This document shows positions 58,746 to 64,000 of a stretch of DNA of 64,000 nucleotides, piece by piece (the first letter of the stretch is position 1; every line of letters begins with the position of its first letter). Position numbers and translations under genes: made by a program. Source of the DNA: an uncultured Spirochaetota bacterium (GTDB taxonomy: Bacteria; Spirochaetota; Spirochaetia; SZUA-6; CAVTHK01); contig CAVTHK010000008.1 of the NCBI GenBank assembly GCA_963734495.1, forward strand, positions 25,808 through 89,807, read 5' to 3'. The notes under the pieces are model-generated. The model saw nothing but the letters and a program-made list of their open reading frames with translations, searched no databases and had not been told where the DNA came from.

Positions 58746-61700
58746 CTATCTTCCATACAGGCGGCGCAAAAGGAAGAGCGGATCGACACCCTGCCCGAAG
58801 CGCGACAACGCAAGATGCAGATGGTACCCGCTGCTTGCCCCCGTATTGCCCACCCAACCTATCCACTGCCCAGAGAACACCGACTGATTAGCCCGCACGA
58901 GAGGTGCGCGAAGCAGATGGCAGCAGTACGACTGTACTCCGTTGGCGTGGTCTATTCGCACGAAATAGCCCGCCCGCGCGTTGAATCCAGTTTCCGCCAC
59001 TGTTCCGCCCCAAAGAGAGTTCACGCGAGTTCCTCCTCTGGCAGCCATGTCCACCCCCTGATGGAATGGCTCGTAACCCGACCAATGTACTCCGCGCCTC
59101 TGGGCCCGTACTGATCCGTGTACCTGATGAATCTGCGCTGATCAATCGGCCGCGATGCGGGGTCCATATCATCGAATTGGTCAGCGCCACGCTCGAAGCT
59201 GTCGCGATATGCCAGTCCCAACCCTGGATCACCCCGGCCGAGGTTCGACACTCCCCAAATGAGACTCCTCGCCTCGCATGTCGCGCCGAGGTGCTCGGAG
59301 AACAGTCCGGCCATTCCGCCACCCAACGCGGCTCCGATCCCCACCGCACCGAAGAACCCGCCCGTGCTCCAGTCATCGTACGGCGTGGTGGCGAGGTAGT
59401 TCGCGCCTCCTCCGAACGCACCGACGGTCGCCCCATATGCGATATCACCTCCCAGCCCTCCGATAGTATCAGCCATCCCGAGCCCGCCAGCCCCGAGTGC
59501 GCCGCCGAACGCTCCCACCACTGCGCTGGCCCCGAACGACGACCAGCTCCACGTGTCCTGCCAGCCGACAGCGATAGCGACGCCTTGATAGGCCGCATTC
59601 GTCGCCGCTCCTATGACGGCCCCCAGCAGCATCGCGAGAAGGAACGAATCACCTTCCGGATCGACGTAGATGATCGGGTTGTTCCCGCAATACGTGTATC
59701 TGTTCAGCCCATCCAGCGCGCTGTCGGCCTCGATGAACCTCCCCAGCTCCCGCATCGTAGTACCGCGCCCCGTAGTAGTAGAGCGCCGTCGTGCCGTCCG
59801 CCTCCTGCCCCGTGTAGCGGTAAGCCGTATAGTCGCCCCCCGTCCCGTATGCCTCCGTCCCGTACGGCTCATAGCCGATCGTCTGCACCACCACTCCACT
59901 AGAGTCCGTCAGGCTCGTCGCGCTCCCCAGGTGGTCCTTGTGGATGAACAGAAGCCCGCTCACCGTGCTCCGCTGCGCCACCACCTGCCCGTTGGCGCTG
60001 TAGTACTTCGTCGCCTCGCTCACCGCCCCCTCGACCCGCACCTCCTGGTAGCCGGCAAACCAGTACAGCGTCACGGTAGTGCCGACCGCCTTCCACAGCC
60101 GCTGCCCGAGTCGTCGTAGGCGAAGCTCGTCGTCGTCCCTTCCTTCGTGACGCTCGCCACCCTGTTCTCGGAGTCGTAGGCGATGACGCGGCCTTTCCCT
60201 GAGCTCATGTTCCCGTTGGCGTTGTACTGGTAGCTGTTCGCCCCGTCGTCACTCACCGCGTCGGGCCTCACCCCTCCCGCCTCGGGGTAGCTGTAGGCCC
60301 ACCCGTCCTTCTCCGTGAGATTGTTGTATGCATCGTAGGCGTAGCTCTTGCTCCCGTAGACGCCGCTCGCGCCCGCGAGCCGGTACAGCCCGTCGTAGGT
60401 GTAGTTCTCGGAATGCTCGGGCGCCAGCAGGTCATCCCTGGCAAGGATTTGCCCACCTCGTTGTACTCGTAGTGAAGGTCCACCACCCCCGCTGTTCGAT
60501 GTCCGTAAGCCGTCCGCTCAGCGGGTCGTAGGCGAACCCGGTCGTCTTGCCGTTGCCGAAGCCGAGCTGCGTCACCTTGCAGTTTGCGTCGTCGTCGACA
60601 TTGGCGACGTAGCTGGAGGCGCCGCCCGCGGTCTCCAGGTTGCCGCCGCCGTTGTAGCTGTACTCGACCACCTCGCCGTCGGGGTAGGTCTCGGTCGATA
60701 GCCTCCCCATCGAGTCGTAGCTCATCGACACCGACTTGGAGCCGAAGCCGCTGATCGATCGGGTGGTCCCGGTGACCCGATCGCGCTCGTCGTAGCTGTA
60801 GGTGTCGGCCCCCAAAGGATGCGACACGACCCAGGGATGGCCCGTGAGCGTGTAGGTGTAGGAGGTGACGACGATGTCGTCGTGCTTCTTCACCGTCGGC
60901 CTGTTCAGCTCGTCGTACTGGAAGCGCAGCACCTGGTCCATCGCGTCCCGCTGGTAGGTCAGGTTCCCGTTCTCGTCGTACCCGTAGGCCCAGTCCCCCA
61001 TGTCCGGGTCGGTGTAGGCAGTCTTCCTCCCGAGCATGTCAACGGTAACCGTGATAGCGTTCTCGGTCGGAGTCTCCCGCGGATCGTTCTGCCACGATGG
61101 TGCCGTCCCGACCCTTCTGTTTTCGCACACGGCGGTACCAGGAGCCCTTGCTGGAAGGGAACGAGCTCTTCATGTCGGCGTAGGTGTAGCCCGTGTAGTC
61201 CAAGTTGCTGTAGGCGTAGGAGTAGCTGTGGTTGCGTCTACCTCAGTCGCCGTCACGTGCCCTTCGGCGTCGACAGACGCCTGGTAGTCCTTCGTGTAGA
61301 TCTTGTAGGTGTTGGTTCCGTCTGCACGGGCCTCAAAGCGGTAAGGGCTGCCGATCTCATCGAGGTAGGTCGTCAAGAACGACCTGTTCGGGGAGTTGCG
61401 TTCGCCCGACGCGTTGAAGTCGATGCCGCTCGAAACGTACGGAAGCGATGTCTTGAAGAGGCGCCCTGTCGCGTCGTAGTAGTAGTCCACCGCGGAGTAC
61501 TGCCCCGTGGTCTCGAGCTCGGTCTTTGATCTGGACCTTCCTTCCGAGCCCGTCGAGATAGGTTCGGGCAAACAAATAGTCAGTCTCCGCATTTCTTGCC
61601 TCGATATCGACATAGACGGGGGAGGCGGGCAGCGCCGCCGAGTCGGAATAGCTTTGACGTTTCGTCGGACTCGTGTTGCTGTCGCCATAGTCCCAGGTCC

Positions 61701-64000
61701 TCGCGAGCCGCCCGAAGACATCGTACCGCAGGTAGCGAGATATCTGCCGCTCGTTCTTCACCTCCTCCAGTTGCATTAGGCCGTTGGGGATGTTGACGAC
61801 CTGAAGTCCGAGCGCGTTGGTCGTCGTCGTAACCAGCGTGTCGTAGTCTGAGTCGTACTCGAGCGTGGACGCGACGTTCCCCCTGCCGTCTTTGGTCTTC
61901 CAGAGGTTGCCGTGTGGGTAATAGGCGAATTGCTGCGAAGTGTCGTCAGCTCCGTTCTCGTATTCGATCCGCGCGACCAGTCCTTTCGTGCCGGGGTTAC
62001 CCGCGGTTGCGACCGCATCCCCGAAGTCGTTGTCCGAGTCGCCGGCATAGTAGAAGAACCGTTTCTCTGACGCGACGGCAAAGGACCCAGCGAGGCCGTA
62101 CGCCGACACGGTCTGCTTGGTTGGCAGGAAGAGCCATCTGGACGTGTCGATCGCGTACTCGGTCACTGCCTCCGTCTTGTCCTCAAGAATATCGTTCCCA
62201 TCCGTGTCGACTTCGCCGTAGTCGATCAGAGAAGCGAGGTTGCCGTACGTATCGGGCGGCGCATACTCGACGCGGCGACTCACCCTGGGCGCCGTCTCCC
62301 TGTCTATAGGGTCGATTCCGTCGTACGCGTGACCATACCGATTCGTGTGATATCGGTGCCTGACTCGCGGATAGGCTGGGTCATCTACTCTCGTCGCGTA
62401 CTCGTACTCTATACGGCTGTAGAGCATGCCGTCGGACCCATAAACCTCCTCAGCCTCCACCACCCTGGCCAAGTATCGCGCCTCCGCGGGATCGCTGCTC
62501 TGGGTGTAAAAGCTCCTGACCTCTTCACCGTCCGGAAGCGTCTTTTCGATCCACGCGAAGCAGAGATCGGCCCGGTCCGCCGGAAGCTCGCTCCGGAACC
62601 TGCCGTCGTGATAGGAGTAGTTTGTGGTCCCGACCGTTCCCATCCCATCATCCGTCGCAACTCTCGTCACCAGAAGCCGGGGACACGCGTTGGCGATGAT
62701 GGGGTAGAGGGAACCGGAAGGATCAATCGCGCCCGGCACCTGTGGAGCGGGGGCGACCTCTATCGTCGTGGACCCACCGGACCCAAGTAGAATCGATCCA
62801 AGCCGCGACCTGAAAGATTCGGAAGGAAAAGCCCTGACTTGAATACCTGCGTTTGCGCCTATGAAGTCCGCGACAATGTCGCATGAACCATCGCCGTCCA
62901 CGTCCGCGGGGACCAGTACCAGTAGCTGCCATAGCTGCTCGTCGCCATGGTTTGTTGTGCTTGCGCTTGGAGGGTCCCATCGCCTTGCGACAGAAAAGCC
63001 CTGAGGTAGATGCCGGCGTTGGCACCTATGTAGTACGCGAGCATGTCCGTGCGACCGTCGCCGTTGACGTCAGCAGGGACCATGTGCCAGTAGTCGCCAA
63101 TGTAGCCCGTTGTTGCCGCGACTTGCAGGCCCGTGGGTTCGAACTCCCCGTTTCCGCGCGACAGAAACGCACTCAGTGCAATCCCTTGCCCGCCCATCGG
63201 CCAGTTCCCGCCAATAGAGTACGCAAGCATGTCCGTACGCCCGTCGCCGTTCAAGTCCGCTGGGACCATGCACCACTGGTTGTCATACATGCTCGTCGCC
63301 ATGGTTTGCTGTGCCTGAGCTTGGAACGTCCCGTCCCCTTGCGACAGAAAAGCCCTGAGGTAGATGCCGGCGTTTGCACCTATGAAATATGCCAGCATGT
63401 CAGTGCGACCGTCGCCGTTGACGTCAGCAGGGACCATGTACCAGTAGCTGCCATAGCTGCTCGTCGCCATGGTTTGCTGTGTCTGCGCTTGGAACGTCCC
63501 GTCCCCTTGCGACAGAAAAGCCCTAGAGGTAGATGCCGGCGTTTGCGCCTGTTAAATATGCCAGCATGTCAGTGCGACCGTCGCCGTTGACGTCAGCAGG
63601 GACCATGTACCAGTAGCTGCCATAGCTGCTCGTCGCCATGGTTTGCTGTGTCTGCGCTTGGAACGTCCCGTCCCCTTGCGACAGAAAAGCCCTGAGGTAG
63701 ATGCCGGCGTTTGCACCTATGAAATATGCCAGCATGTCGGTGCGACCGTCGCCGTTGACGTCAGCAGGGACCATGTACCAGTAGTCGCCGTAGCTGCTCG
63801 TCGCCATGGTTTGCTGTGTCTGCGCTTGGAACGTCCCGTCCCCTTGCGACAGAAAAGCCCTGAGGTAGATGCCGGCGTTTGCACCTATGAAATATGCAAG
63901 CATATCGGTGCGACCGTCGCCGTTGACGTCAGCAGGGATCATGTACCAGTAATCGCCGTAGCTGCCCGGCGCCAGAACCTGCTGTTGCCTCGCCGCAAAA
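58746..64000 (-). pseudogene. RHS/YD-repeat polymorphic toxin with FG-GAP repeats, TcdB-like middle region and C-terminal M23 peptidase; multiple frameshifts; 5' end outside window
   Basis: ADVNGDGRTD repeats; YD repeats (YDENGNL, YDELNR, YDSMGRL); DHLGS; YRYTGQE.D; YYYGARYYD; LNRYTYCGNNPIIYVDPEG; tip HQGVD...GNTGASSGYHLH. Confidence 0.88.
62850..63965 (-). repeat. Tandem 168-bp (56-aa) FG-GAP/VCBS-type repeat array, about 7 units
   Basis: GCGACCGTCGCCGTTGACGTCAGCAGGGA recurs at 63051, 63405, 63574, 63742, 63910; a divergent longer unit near 63236 and a degenerate terminal unit near 62890. Confidence 0.92.

Larger units (their letters stand above)
55432..64000. mobile_element. Probable genomic island extending beyond the window, bounded on the left by a tRNA-Arg att fragment
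   Basis: att-like tRNA fragment at boundary; visibly lower GC; XRE, toxin and immunity cargo; integrase and intact tRNA not in window. Confidence 0.6.

Noticed and set aside
62850-63965. Diversity-generating retroelement TR/VR pair
   Set aside because: Repeats are in-frame tandem coding units, differences are not adenine-specific, and no reverse transcriptase is in the window.

Overview
High-GC bacterial chromosome segment, most likely from a spirochaete: the gene order rpsB-tsf-frr-uppS-cdsA-rseP-CpXC-WD40 lacks pyrH and sits next to rpsF-ssb-rpsR-DUF2232-rplI-dnaB. 1-19.5 kb is housekeeping core (secA 5' end, nnr, translation and replication genes, maf). 19.6-53.3 kb is carbohydrate uptake and accessory: four sugar-type ABC operons, a GntR/FadR regulator, a 2-hydroxyacid dehydrogenase, a GH2 hydrolase, a STAND-LuxR regulator, two MFS transporters, DinB, CinA, and a lower-GC fragment carrying a CheR-like methyltransferase and a truncated polysaccharide pyruvyl transferase. 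53.7-64 kb is an island edge. Its most striking feature is three identical 43-bp copies of the 3' half of tRNA-Arg(CCG), anticodon loop to discriminator base. They bracket two ~700-bp integrase-less cassettes, each holding only one toxin-antitoxin operon (HigBA; BrnT-like/CopG-like) with its promoter. Beyond the third copy lie an XRE regulator, a 4-TM membrane protein, a CAP protein, and a frameshifted RHS/FG-GAP polymorphic toxin with an M23 peptidase tip, a probable immunity gene and an orphan RHS-core remnant. Many single-base frameshifts occur across the window and may be sequencing or assembly indels. All family calls are from motif recognition by eye; no database search was run.
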